DNA from: an uncultured Legionella sp.
GTDB taxonomy: Bacteria > Pseudomonadota > Gammaproteobacteria > Legionellales > Legionellaceae
Assembly (NCBI GenBank): GCA_902168255.1
Contig: CABHON010000004.1
Span: 34,361-98,360, forward strand
DNA length: 64,000 bases
Direction of reading: 5' to 3'
The position numbers and the translations under genes were made by a program. This document shows, one piece after another, positions 28,381 to 37,112 of the stretch. Each line of letters opens with the position of its first letter. Position 1 is the stretch's first letter. The notes beneath the pieces are model-generated. The model worked only from the letters and a program-made list of their open reading frames with translations, did not search any database and was not told the DNA's origin.

Positions 28381-29436
28381 ATGAATCATAGCCCAACATC
28401 TTTTGAATGGACGGTAGTGGGAGCTGGTCCTGCGGGTATTGCTGCCATAGGAAAATTACTCGATCAGGATATTGATCCCAAAAAAATTGCTTGGATTGAT
28501 CCAAGCTTTACCGTGGGAGATTTCGGCACTATATGGAAAAATGTCTCTAGTAATACGCGGGTTAAACTATTTTTACAATTTTATACCGCGTGCCGATCGT
28601 TTCGTTATGATCTTTTTTCCAAAGATTTTGAGATCAACAGTCATAATCCCGATAAAACCTGTCAGTTAGCTTTAGCCGCAACACCATTGAACTGGATAAC
28701 CCAACACCTTCAAAAGGAAGTTATTACGTTTGTTGATAAAGCCATGCACCTTAAACTGCATCATCGCCAATGGGAAGTGACGTTGGCCAAAAATTCAATG
28801 ATTTACTCTAAGAATGTGGTGCTTGCGATGGGTTCTGAGCCAAAATCATTGTCTTTTCCACAAATTGAAGAAATATCGCTAAAAACAGCGCTTGATCCCG
28901 AAAAACTGCCACTCGCCGTAAAGGAAGAGGACACAGTAGCCGTATTTGGTTCGTCTCATTCGGCTATTATTATTATTAAAACACTGCTCGAACAATGCCA
29001 CGTGAAAAAAGTTATTAATTTTTATCGGGAACCACTGCGCTATGCAGTTTTATTCCCCGATTGGATTCTATTTGATGACACGGGACTAAAAGGAACAACC
29101 GCTGAGTGGGCTCGCGAAAATATTGATGGCCAATGGCCTTCTAAGTTAGAACGGGTGATTTCTAATCAAGATAGCCTCAGCGAAGTGCTTCCTTTGTGCC
29201 AAAAAGCCATTTATGCTGTTGGATTTGAGCAGAGAAAAATTTCTGTAGAAGGTTTACAGTCCCTTGCTTATAATGATAAAAGCGGGATTATTGCCCCTGG
29301 TTTATTTGGTTTTGGTATTGGCTTTCCCGAATCAAAAGAAGATAGGTTTGGTACAGTTGAATACCGTGTAGGCTTATGGAAATTTATGGAGTATATTACG
29401 CGAGTGATGCCTGTTTGGCTACGCTATGGCACATGA
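28381..29436 (+). CDS. FAD/NAD(P)-binding oxidoreductase
   Basis: N-terminal Rossmann motif VVGAGPAGIAA and a second dinucleotide-binding region VAVFGSSHSA. The specific family is not resolved. Confidence 0.65.
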   Translation: MNHSPTSFEWTVVGAGPAGIAAIGKLLDQDIDPKKIAWIDPSFTVGDFGTIWKNVSSNTRVKLFLQFYTACRSFRYDLFSKDFEINSHNPDKTCQLALAATPLNWITQHLQKEVITFVDKAMHLKLHHRQWEVTLAKNSMIYSKNVVLAMGSEPKSLSFPQIEEISLKTALDPEKLPLAVKEEDTVAVFGSSHSAIIIIKTLLEQCHVKKVINFYREPLRYAVLFPDWILFDDTGLKGTTAEWARENIDGQWPSKLERVISNQDSLSEVLPLCQKAIYAVGFEQRKISVEGLQSLAYNDKSGIIAPGLFGFGIGFPESKEDRFGTVEYRVGLWKFMEYITRVMPVWLRYGT

Positions 29437-29519
29437 GCTCTCTTGAATAGCCTTGTAATGCCATTGCTGTTACATTAAACTACTATTTAAATTATAAATT
29501 AGTCCAAATAACCTCGCTG

Positions 29520-30878
29520 ATGAATAAATTTCAACTTTTCGAATTTTCTACTTTTGAACAAGAAAAAATACCCTCTGAGTTTTTAGAAGCACCTTGGATG
29601 ATGGCGTATCGTGTCTTACCCATAAAAAAACAAGAAAAGACACTAATTTTAGGGGCAGATGATTCAATACAAGAAGACATCATCCGGATGATTCAGTTTC
29701 ATACCGGACTAAATGTATCGTTAGTGATGATGGAAAGCGATAAACTAGATGAATTACGGCAAAGACTATTAGAAAAATTCATACAACAAAGGGATGCACT
29801 TCCTAATGAAATTGTTGAATACTGGTTAGAAGAGGCTATTAAGAGAAAGGCGTCTGATATTCATTTTGAGCCCTATGAAAAAATATATCGAATTCGTTTT
29901 CGAGTGGACGGTTTATTGGCTGTAATGACTTCAATCCCTGTAGAAATGAAAGAGCAGATAATAGCCTATTTGAAAGTGAAAGCTCATCTTGATACGTCCG
30001 AACGTCGTCATCCACAGGAAGGACGCTTTCAATATATGTTATCTAATAACAGATCTATTGATTGTCGAATAAGTACCTGTCCCACGGTTGATGGAGAAAA
30101 AATTGTTGTCCGATTATTACCTCATGCTTCTATGCCCCTCGAAATTAATCAATTAGGATTTAATCAGCAGCAAAAAGAGCTATTTCTTGAAATATTGAGA
30201 CAGCCCCAAGGGATGATTCTGGTAACTGGGCCTACGGGAAGTGGAAAAACCATTACCTTGTATACGGCATTATCTTTACTGAACAAGCCTGAAAAAAATA
30301 TTTGTACCATCGAAGATCCTGTAGAAATCAAAATACCTGGCATTAATCAAGTCAGTATTAATCCAAAAACAGGATTAACTTTTTCTAAAGTTACTCGGGC
30401 TTTCTTGCGTCAAGATCCCGATATTATGATGATTGGTGAAATTCGTGATTTCGACACAGCACATATTGCATTAAATGCAGCACAAACCGGTCATTTAGTA
30501 TTATCCACACTTCATTCGAATGGCGCAGTAGAAACTGTTACCCGACTTTTACATATGGGTATTAAAGCATTTCAACTAGCTGATTCGGTTAAATTAATTA
30601 TTGCCCAACGTCTCGTTCGGAAATTATGTGAATATTGTAGAAATCCTGGTAAAGGATGCGAACATTGTTATCAAGGATATAGTGGGCGGATCGGGTTGTT
30701 TGAAGTTTTACCATTAACGTTAGATTTTGCGAGCCAAATAGAAAAGGGAATAATAGATATTGGGCATTTAAACAAATTGGCTCAAAAGCAAGGAATGATC
30801 ACTTTAATAGAGTCTGGAGCGGAGAAAATAGTATTGAATTTGACGACAGAAGAAGAGATAAGGAGAGTGTTGGGATAG
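29520..30878 (+). CDS. GspE/PilB-family secretion ATPase (orphan)
   Basis: T2SSE N-terminal domain, Walker A GPTGSGKT, Asp box, Walker B MMIGEIRD, His box LVLSTLH, and a tetracysteine motif CEYC...CEHC. No pilC/pilD/gspF is adjacent. Confidence 0.85.
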   Translation: MNKFQLFEFSTFEQEKIPSEFLEAPWMMAYRVLPIKKQEKTLILGADDSIQEDIIRMIQFHTGLNVSLVMMESDKLDELRQRLLEKFIQQRDALPNEIVEYWLEEAIKRKASDIHFEPYEKIYRIRFRVDGLLAVMTSIPVEMKEQIIAYLKVKAHLDTSERRHPQEGRFQYMLSNNRSIDCRISTCPTVDGEKIVVRLLPHASMPLEINQLGFNQQQKELFLEILRQPQGMILVTGPTGSGKTITLYTALSLLNKPEKNICTIEDPVEIKIPGINQVSINPKTGLTFSKVTRAFLRQDPDIMMIGEIRDFDTAHIALNAAQTGHLVLSTLHSNGAVETVTRLLHMGIKAFQLADSVKLIIAQRLVRKLCEYCRNPGKGCEHCYQGYSGRIGLFEVLPLTLDFASQIEKGIIDIGHLNKLAQKQGMITLIESGAEKIVLNLTTEEEIRRVLG

Positions 30879-30882
30879 AAGG

Positions 30883-30928
30883 AAAGGCCATTTGCCTTTT
30901 TGCTGTTCAGGGCGAGTGCCGCTCGCCC
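30883..30928. terminator. two hairpins between convergent ATPase and efp genes
   Basis: AAAGGC-CATTT-GCCTTT followed by TTT (30883-30902), and GGGCGAG-TGCCG-CTCGCCC (30910-30928). Confidence 0.35.
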
Positions 30929-30960
30929 CTATAGCAGTATCGATTATAATAAATAAAAAA

Positions 30961-31530
30961 TTATTCCTTCACACGAGAAACATATTCGGCGTTACGCGTG
31001 TCAACTTTAATGACTTCACCTGTTTGAATAAATAAAGGAATACGGACAACCGCACCTGTTTCTAAAATAGCTGGTTTGCCGCCGCCACCTGAGGTGTCGC
31101 CTTTTAATCCGGGATCTGTTTCTACAATTTTTAATGTCACAAAATTAGGTGGTGTTACAACAAGAGGAGCATTATTCCATAAAGTAATAATGCAAATATC
31201 TTGCTCTTTTAACCATTGTTTAGCATCAGAAACAATATGTTCTTCCGCAGAGTATTGTTCAAATGTATCAGCAACCATGAAATGCCATAAGGAACCATCA
31301 TTGTATAAATATTGCATTTCTATATCTGTGACATCAGCACTTTCAAAAGTATCATTCGCTTTGTAAGTACGTTCAATAACACGGCCAGTTTTCAAATTAC
31401 GTACTTTTAAACGTGTAAATGCTTGTCCTTTTCCTGGCTTAACAAATTCACACTCCAAGACGGTGCAAGGCGCATCATCAATTGTTAGTTTTAAGCCATT
31501 TTTTAATTCATTTGTATTATAAGTTCCCAT
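30961..31530 (-). CDS. efp: elongation factor P
   Basis: 189 aa. [16 protein letters not shown] contains the modifiable Lys, and there is full-length EF-P collinearity. Confidence 0.97.
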   Translation of the reverse strand: MGTYNTNELKNGLKLTIDDAPCTVLECEFVKPGKGQAFTRLKVRNLKTGRVIERTYKANDTFESADVTDIEMQYLYNDGSLWHFMVADTFEQYSAEEHIVSDAKQWLKEQDICIITLWNNAPLVVTPPNFVTLKIVETDPGLKGDTSGGGGKPAILETGAVVRIPLFIQTGEVIKVDTRNAEYVSRVKE

Positions 31531-31627
31531 GGTTTCTCCAGCTGGTCATATGATATACTCTAGCGAGCGTGATTAACGTAGAGCGCATTTTATCAACTTT
31601 ATTTTCATAATACTATATACATACTCA

Positions 31628-32611
31628 ATGTCGTGGCAAAAAGAATTAGCACAAGGATTTAATAATCCCCAAGAACTGCTGGATTATGTAGGACTTTCTC
31701 CCTCAGCAGTAAATATAAGCGAAGCAGCTCATAAAGCGTTCAAAACACATGTACCGAGAGCTTTCGCAGAAAAAATAGTGAAGGGGGATCCAAATGATCC
31801 ATTACTTAGACAAGTCTTGCCCATTAGCGATGAAATGGAGAAGTTTCTAGATTATGTTCCAGATCCTTTACAAGAAGGTACTGAAAAACAACATCGACCA
31901 TTGCCTGGATTATTACATAAATATTCCAGTCGCGTGTTGTTAACGGTTACCGGTGGGTGCGCCGTGAATTGCCGTTATTGTTTTAGGCGACACTTTGATT
32001 ATTCGGCGAATCGTATTCGTAAAGAAGAACTCTCCAATATTGTAGAGTATATTCAATCACGTCCAGAAATTCGCGAAGTAATTTTAAGTGGGGGAGATCC
32101 CTTACTATTAAATGATGATTTATTAACAGATATTGTAACCGCTATAGAAAAAATCCCTTCTGTTGAGATTTTGCGCTTTCATACGCGTATGCCTATTGTT
32201 TTACCTTCACGAATTACCGCTGAATTCGTAACATTATTGAAAGACACACGCTTACATACCATTTGTGTTGTACATTCCAACCATCCTAATGAACTGGATA
32301 ATGTTTTACGCGATAATTTATCTTCTCTTCGCGCAGCAGGCACACACTTGCTCAATCAATCAGTATTGCTTAAAGATGTTAATGACAAGGTGGATACCTT
32401 GTGCGATCTTAGTTATCGTTTACTGGATATGGGTATTTTACCGTACTACCTTCATCTCTTAGATAAAGTGCAAGGCGCCGCACATTTTGATATTGAAGAA
32501 AAAACAGCGGTTGCTTTGCATCAATCCATGCGAGAACGTTTACCAGGATATTTATTACCGAAATTAGTGCGTGAGATTCCTGGGGAACTGAGTAAAATGC
32601 CAGTATTTTAA
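31628..32611 (+). CDS. epmB: EF-P beta-lysylation protein (lysine 2,3-aminomutase-like radical SAM)
   Basis: CAVNCRYCFRR radical-SAM cluster motif, KamA-family collinearity, and divergent arrangement with efp. Confidence 0.9.
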   Translation: MSWQKELAQGFNNPQELLDYVGLSPSAVNISEAAHKAFKTHVPRAFAEKIVKGDPNDPLLRQVLPISDEMEKFLDYVPDPLQEGTEKQHRPLPGLLHKYSSRVLLTVTGGCAVNCRYCFRRHFDYSANRIRKEELSNIVEYIQSRPEIREVILSGGDPLLLNDDLLTDIVTAIEKIPSVEILRFHTRMPIVLPSRITAEFVTLLKDTRLHTICVVHSNHPNELDNVLRDNLSSLRAAGTHLLNQSVLLKDVNDKVDTLCDLSYRLLDMGILPYYLHLLDKVQGAAHFDIEEKTAVALHQSMRERLPGYLLPKLVREIPGELSKMPVF

Positions 32612-32771
32612 TGTTTACTAATTCAACCCCCTCGATTTGTTATTCTATAACTTTGTAAGCTAAGTCATCATTGCTTTAATCTTTGACTTAACCGCAACAG
32701 AAAGAAAACAATCAATGACTCTGCCACGGCGTTATTCCCACGAGGCATTTTTACGTAGAGAAATAAGAAGC

Positions 32772-32830
32772 TAAAACTAAAGAGCACGATTAAGCTTGGC
32801 ATTATCACGAAGCAACAACGAAGCGTGCTT
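32772..32830. repeat. half copy of palindromic element, family C
   Basis: AAAACTAAAGAGCACGATTAAGCTTGGCATTATCACGAAGCAACAACGAAGCGTGCTTC matches one arm plus flank of the 45779-45870 element (reverse complement), with a few substitutions. Confidence 0.6.
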
Positions 32831-32836
32831 CTCCTT

Positions 32837-32867
32837 TGGGAGAAGATGCCCGACAGGGCAGATGAGG
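32837..32867. repeat. short hairpin motif, family D (copy 2)
   Basis: GGGAGAAGATGCCCGACAGGGCAGATGAGGG; compare 18573-18604. Confidence 0.4.
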
Positions 32868-32948
32868 GAAAATTACCGTTGTAATTCTTGCACTTTAGTT
32901 TAACCTAATTCTCTCTAAAAAAGTGTCCGTTTTAATTAGACTACAACA

Positions 32949-33136
32949 GTTCTTACGGAGAACGTCATTGCGAGGAGTTACAGATATTGTGTAGCGGAGC
33001 AATATCTGTAACGACGTGGCAATCCAGATATGGATGCTTTTTTAAATATCGAAACTGGATTGCTTCGTCATGTTTTATCTGTTTCGCTACGCTGCACTGA
33101 TAAAACATTTCTCGCAATGACGTTCTCCGTAAGAAC
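32949..33136. repeat. MITE-like nested-palindrome element, family A (copy 2, longer terminal inverted repeats)
   Basis: GTTCTTACGGAGAACGTCATTGCGAGGAG ... CTCGCAATGACGTTCTCCGTAAGAAC forms 26-nt perfect terminal inverted repeats (the GAG continuing the left arm has no partner). Internal hairpins are CAGATATTG/CAATATCTG, GGCAATCCAG/CTGGATTGC and GTTTTATC/GATAAAAC. Confidence 0.8.
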
Positions 33137-33293
33137 ATTTTTTTATGCGCAGCTCACGTTAAATTAATCATTCCATGATGGATTAATTTTGTACTATCTG
33201 CATCTCTTAGATAAAGTACAAGGAGCCTGGATTTATTAACTTCACTAATAAATTTCTCTTTATGACTATTCTAAAGTCTGTTTTATTTTGGTC

Positions 33294-33321
33294 TTGACTA
33301 TTCTAAAGCAGAGTTTATAAT
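33294..33321 (+). promoter_or_regulatory. near-consensus sigma70 promoter (TTGACT-16-TATAAT) positioned for a leaderless transcript
   Basis: The -35 is at 33294-33299 and the -10 at 33316-33321, and the ATG at 33329 is only 7 nt past the -10. There is no Shine-Dalgarno sequence. The direct repeat TGACTATTCTAAAG occurs at 33263-33276 and 33295-33308, and the second copy overlaps the -35. Confidence 0.5.
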
Positions 33322-33328
33322 AGTCACT

Positions 33329-34540
33329 ATGTATCGAATTTATTCATCCGTCATTCAACAACATTTATCTCAATTTCGCCAGATGGTTTTTTTATCGGGT
33401 GCTCGTCAGGCAGGAAAAACCACGTTGAGTAAGATGTGTGTGAAAGATCACCCTTTTCAGTACCTTAATTGGGATTATGTAGAGCATCGAGAACTAATTT
33501 TGTCTGGAATCGATAAAATTTATAAAAATTTTCATACAGATATTTTAACAACGTCTTCACAGATACCCATTATTATTTTAGATGAAATCCATAAATACTC
33601 TGATTGGAAGTCTTTTTTGAAAGGTCATTTTGATCTCTTAGAAAATGCTTGTCGCCTTATTGTTACAGGAAGTGCAAAACTGAATGTTTTTAGGCGAGGC
33701 GGCGATAGCATGATGGGGCGCTATTTTTTATATCGTATTCATCCATTGTCAGTAGCAGAAATTTTAGAGCGTTCAAATTTCGATCAAGAAATAACAGCAC
33801 CTAAAATGCTTTCAGAAGAAGCATGGAATAATCTTTTGAATTTTGGTGGCTTTCCTGAACCTTATCTCAATGCCAATCAACAGTTTTATCGACGGTGGAA
33901 TATTTTAAGGCAAGAGCAACTTTTTGAGGAAGATTTAAGAGAAATTACTAAGATACACCATATGGATCAGCTAACCCTTCTGGCGAATCTATTGATACGT
34001 CAAGCAGGAAGTTTAACTCAATATAGTGCACTGGCTAAAAAAGTCCGGGTTTCAGAACCAACCATTCGAAATTGGATGTCTATTTTGCAAAATGTTTATT
34101 ACAGTTTCTCAATTGCCCCTTGGTCTACTAATATAAGCCGTTCTCTGTTAAAAGAGCCTAAAATTTATTTAAATGATTGGTCTCTTATTAGTGACATAGG
34201 TGCAAAGATAGAAAATCTTGTCGCATGTCATCTTCTAAAGGCAGTCCATTTTTGGACAGATATTGGATTAGGTGAGTATTCACTTTATTACTTGCGGGAC
34301 AAAGAAAAAAGAGAAGTAGATTTTGTTGTGACTAAAAATAAACAACCTTGGCTTTTATTGGAAGTTAAGAACAAAAATTCAGGTCATATTAGCCCACATC
34401 TTTTATATTTCAATCAGCAATTAAAAGCCCCTCACGTGCTACAAGTGGCTGCAGATCTTCCGTATATTGATTATGATTGTTTTTCATTGAAAGAGCCCAA
34501 AATTGTGCCGTTGTTAACATTCTTGTCTCAATTGGTTTGA
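33329..34540 (+). CDS. AAA-family ATPase with C-terminal DUF4143-like region
   Basis: 403 aa with Walker A GARQAGKTT and Walker B IIILDEIHK. The overall layout matches the widespread AAA_14 plus DUF4143 ATPases, from my recollection of that family. Confidence 0.8.
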   Translation: MYRIYSSVIQQHLSQFRQMVFLSGARQAGKTTLSKMCVKDHPFQYLNWDYVEHRELILSGIDKIYKNFHTDILTTSSQIPIIILDEIHKYSDWKSFLKGHFDLLENACRLIVTGSAKLNVFRRGGDSMMGRYFLYRIHPLSVAEILERSNFDQEITAPKMLSEEAWNNLLNFGGFPEPYLNANQQFYRRWNILRQEQLFEEDLREITKIHHMDQLTLLANLLIRQAGSLTQYSALAKKVRVSEPTIRNWMSILQNVYYSFSIAPWSTNISRSLLKEPKIYLNDWSLISDIGAKIENLVACHLLKAVHFWTDIGLGEYSLYYLRDKEKREVDFVVTKNKQPWLLLEVKNKNSGHISPHLLYFNQQLKAPHVLQVAADLPYIDYDCFSLKEPKIVPLLTFLSQLV

Positions 34541-34660
34541 AAATATTTATATTAAAGTTAATTAGTTATTGAAAAAAGATGCATTAATAATTTTATCATA
34601 AGATTTTTGAGGTATAATTGCAGACTATTAATATTATAAAATTATAAAAAGGTTAAATTT

Positions 34661-35806
34661 ATGCCAAATAGTGATGAACGTCCCTTATTGCCACACGAAA
34701 CTGCACACGAAGCTGATGCGGAGAGTACTTTTGATCCTTATGTTGTAGATAATTACCTTAAGAACCAATCATTCTGGGATTATATTCAAACACCCTGGTC
34801 AAAAACAATTTGGGAAAAAGGAAAAAAATGGTTTAGTTTGAGTAACCTGAGTATCTTAGGCGGTTTTTTTATGACAGTTGAGTTATTGGCAGCTTCAATA
34901 GCAGCAACTGAAGCGGTTATGGGATCTATGTGGTTAACTGAGGCAGGAACCTGGTATTCAAAATATAAAATGCTGAAACACCTTGAAGGACATCAGTTAA
35001 GAGAGGCTCGAATTGAGTTTGTCAAAAGCACGTTATTTTTGATAGGGGTTACGTGTGTTGTTGGTTCACTATTTCTTATTACAAATATAACAAGAGCTGC
35101 GGGCTTTGGGGCTAAAATAATTGGCATAGCAGGGGCTACTTTTGTTGCGGCTCCAATTATTTTTACTGCTCTTACTGGCATAGCGATGTTGTATCATACT
35201 TATGGAATGGTGACTGCCCGCACAAAGCAAGATTTTAAGGAGCACGCCAAAGGTATGCTTTTAAATCTTGGTATTTTAGGAGCGGTGGTGGGCGGCTTGT
35301 TAACAGGTACAGCCCCTATTATGTTAACGATAGGAAGCGGTGTTTGCTATGCGTATGTTCTTCATAAGAGTGGTGCTTTAGACTCATTATGGACAAGGAT
35401 GAAAAAAATTGGTGATTTTTTTCACGGTAAAAAGGAAAATGAAGCGTTGTCAAGAGATCCTGCAGAAAACCCATTAATTTTAGATAAGGCTGAATCTCCT
35501 GAGACGAATGATAGCCCGGATGCTGGAGATAGACAACTTTTTTCATCAATACCTGGCAACGCCGACCCGACCCCGCTTGGAAATGTGCAGCAGTGTTTGT
35601 CGAATTCTAGGAGGGCTGGTGCTTCAATGCGTGATACAGAATCAAGTTCGCATTGTGTGGCAGCTCCAGGAGGCGAGCAAGAGGTGTCGGCAGCATCGCA
35701 ATTACCTGTAGGAGCGAATCCACATATACTTTTACCTAAGGATAAAGATCAACAGAAAGAACCTCAAAGTCCGGGCTTGCAACCGATACCAGGACGCCAT
35801 CAATGA
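34661..35806 (+). CDS. orphan polytopic membrane protein with a long disordered P/S/Q-rich C-terminal tail
   Basis: 381 aa. At least 4-5 hydrophobic segments lie between residues ~60 and 240, and the last ~130 aa are low-complexity. The gene is convergent with ccmB. Confidence 0.7.
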   Translation: MPNSDERPLLPHETAHEADAESTFDPYVVDNYLKNQSFWDYIQTPWSKTIWEKGKKWFSLSNLSILGGFFMTVELLAASIAATEAVMGSMWLTEAGTWYSKYKMLKHLEGHQLREARIEFVKSTLFLIGVTCVVGSLFLITNITRAAGFGAKIIGIAGATFVAAPIIFTALTGIAMLYHTYGMVTARTKQDFKEHAKGMLLNLGILGAVVGGLLTGTAPIMLTIGSGVCYAYVLHKSGALDSLWTRMKKIGDFFHGKKENEALSRDPAENPLILDKAESPETNDSPDAGDRQLFSSIPGNADPTPLGNVQQCLSNSRRAGASMRDTESSSHCVAAPGGEQEVSAASQLPVGANPHILLPKDKDQQKEPQSPGLQPIPGRHQ

Positions 35807-35850
35807 TAATTTGATATGCAAGCTCATCAAAACTTCTTAAAACTGCTTTT

Positions 35851-36513
35851 TTAGTTTCCTGATCTCAACACTACTGCCGTTGCGAAAGGGCTTCCCAGCA
35901 ACGCGGTTAATGTGATAGCTGATAAAAAAGATAAACTGGCGATGGGCGATAAACCCATCGCCAGTGCTAATACACTTCCTGAGCCAAAAATCAAAATAGG
36001 AATAGATAAAGGAATAAGAAGCATACCCAATAATAATCCACCTGATGCAACAGAAAGGGTAACAGCGCTTAATAACGTACCCAACGCACTTAAGGCGGGT
36101 GTACCTAGTAAAAGACTGAAAAACAGCATTGAACATTCAGAGAAAGAAAGTCCTACTAAATAGCCTAGACAAGGAGAGAGAAGTGTTAAAGGTAATCCTG
36201 TTATCAACCAATGCGCAATTGTTTTCGCTAGAACAGAAAGAGACAAAGGGAAAGGATAAATAAATAAACATTCTAGTGTGCCATTATCATGATCCATTTT
36301 AAAGAAATGTTCTACGCTGAGAAGATAAGATAATAAGGCAGCAATCCAAATCAGGCCAGGTAAAAGTGGCTTCAATTGGGAGGGTTCTTGATACAATATA
36401 AATGGAAATAACAGCACCACCATAATGAAAAACAGCCAGGGATGGATAAGACTTAATGGCTTTCTAATATGAATAAGACATTCACGATGAATGAGGCTAA
36501 AAAAAATCATCAT
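35851..36513 (-). CDS. ccmB: heme exporter permease CcmB
   Basis: 220 aa with six TM segments. It overlaps the ccmA stop by 4 nt and is collinear with the CcmB family. Confidence 0.9.
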   Translation of the reverse strand: MMIFFSLIHRECLIHIRKPLSLIHPWLFFIMVVLLFPFILYQEPSQLKPLLPGLIWIAALLSYLLSVEHFFKMDHDNGTLECLFIYPFPLSLSVLAKTIAHWLITGLPLTLLSPCLGYLVGLSFSECSMLFFSLLLGTPALSALGTLLSAVTLSVASGGLLLGMLLIPLSIPILIFGSGSVLALAMGLSPIASLSFLSAITLTALLGSPFATAVVLRSGN

Positions 36514-37112
36514 AACCGGATTTCCTGCGCAGAAGCGGCTTTGATACCATGAGCTTGATGTGACGTCATGATAACAATACCATTTTCAGCTAAATGTTCC
36601 TCAATATGTTGTTGCAACCAAGCGATACCTTTGCTATCTAAGGCTGTATAAGGTTCATCTAAAAGCCATATTGTTGTATCTAATAAAAATAATTTAGCAA
36701 GCGCTATTCGACGAATTTGCCCTGCTGAAAGAAAACTAGCGGGTGTTTTTTGTTTATGCAATAAATTGACAGCTGACAACGCATCAGAAATGCTTCTTTT
36801 TCTTTTGTAAGCCCTTGAAGAAAAATATAAGTTCTCTTCGGGAGTAAGAGGTAAGGCTACTGCACTTTTATGTCCGATATAATTAACCTGTGAATAAAAA
36901 ATGTCAGATTCTTGAGAAATGGGTTGATTGTTCCAGCATATTTCGCCTGTATAGGGTGATAGAATCCCGGCCAAAAGTTTTAATAAAGTGGTTTTTCCTT
37001 GGCCATTTTCTCCTGTAATGATTAGTAGCCCACCACACGAAACAGAAAAAGAGAGGTCGCGGATGAGGGGAACCTCATCCCGTTCATAGGTGATATTCTT
37101 TGCTTCAAGCAT
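36510..37112 (-). CDS. ccmA: heme ABC exporter ATP-binding protein CcmA
   Basis: Walker A GENGQGKTT, signature LSAGQIRR, Walker B WLLDEP; 200 aa. Confidence 0.9.
   Translation of the reverse strand: MLEAKNITYERDEVPLIRDLSFSVSCGGLLIITGENGQGKTTLLKLLAGILSPYTGEICWNNQPISQESDIFYSQVNYIGHKSAVALPLTPEENLYFSSRAYKRKRSISDALSAVNLLHKQKTPASFLSAGQIRRIALAKLFLLDTTIWLLDEPYTALDSKGIAWLQQHIEEHLAENGIVIMTSHQAHGIKAASAQEIRL

Noticed and set aside
35837-36163. Track ORFs 35837-36136 (-) and 35912-36163 (+) overlapping ccmB.
   Set aside because: They are alternative frames of a membrane-protein gene. The ccmB frame has family collinearity and is coupled to ccmA.
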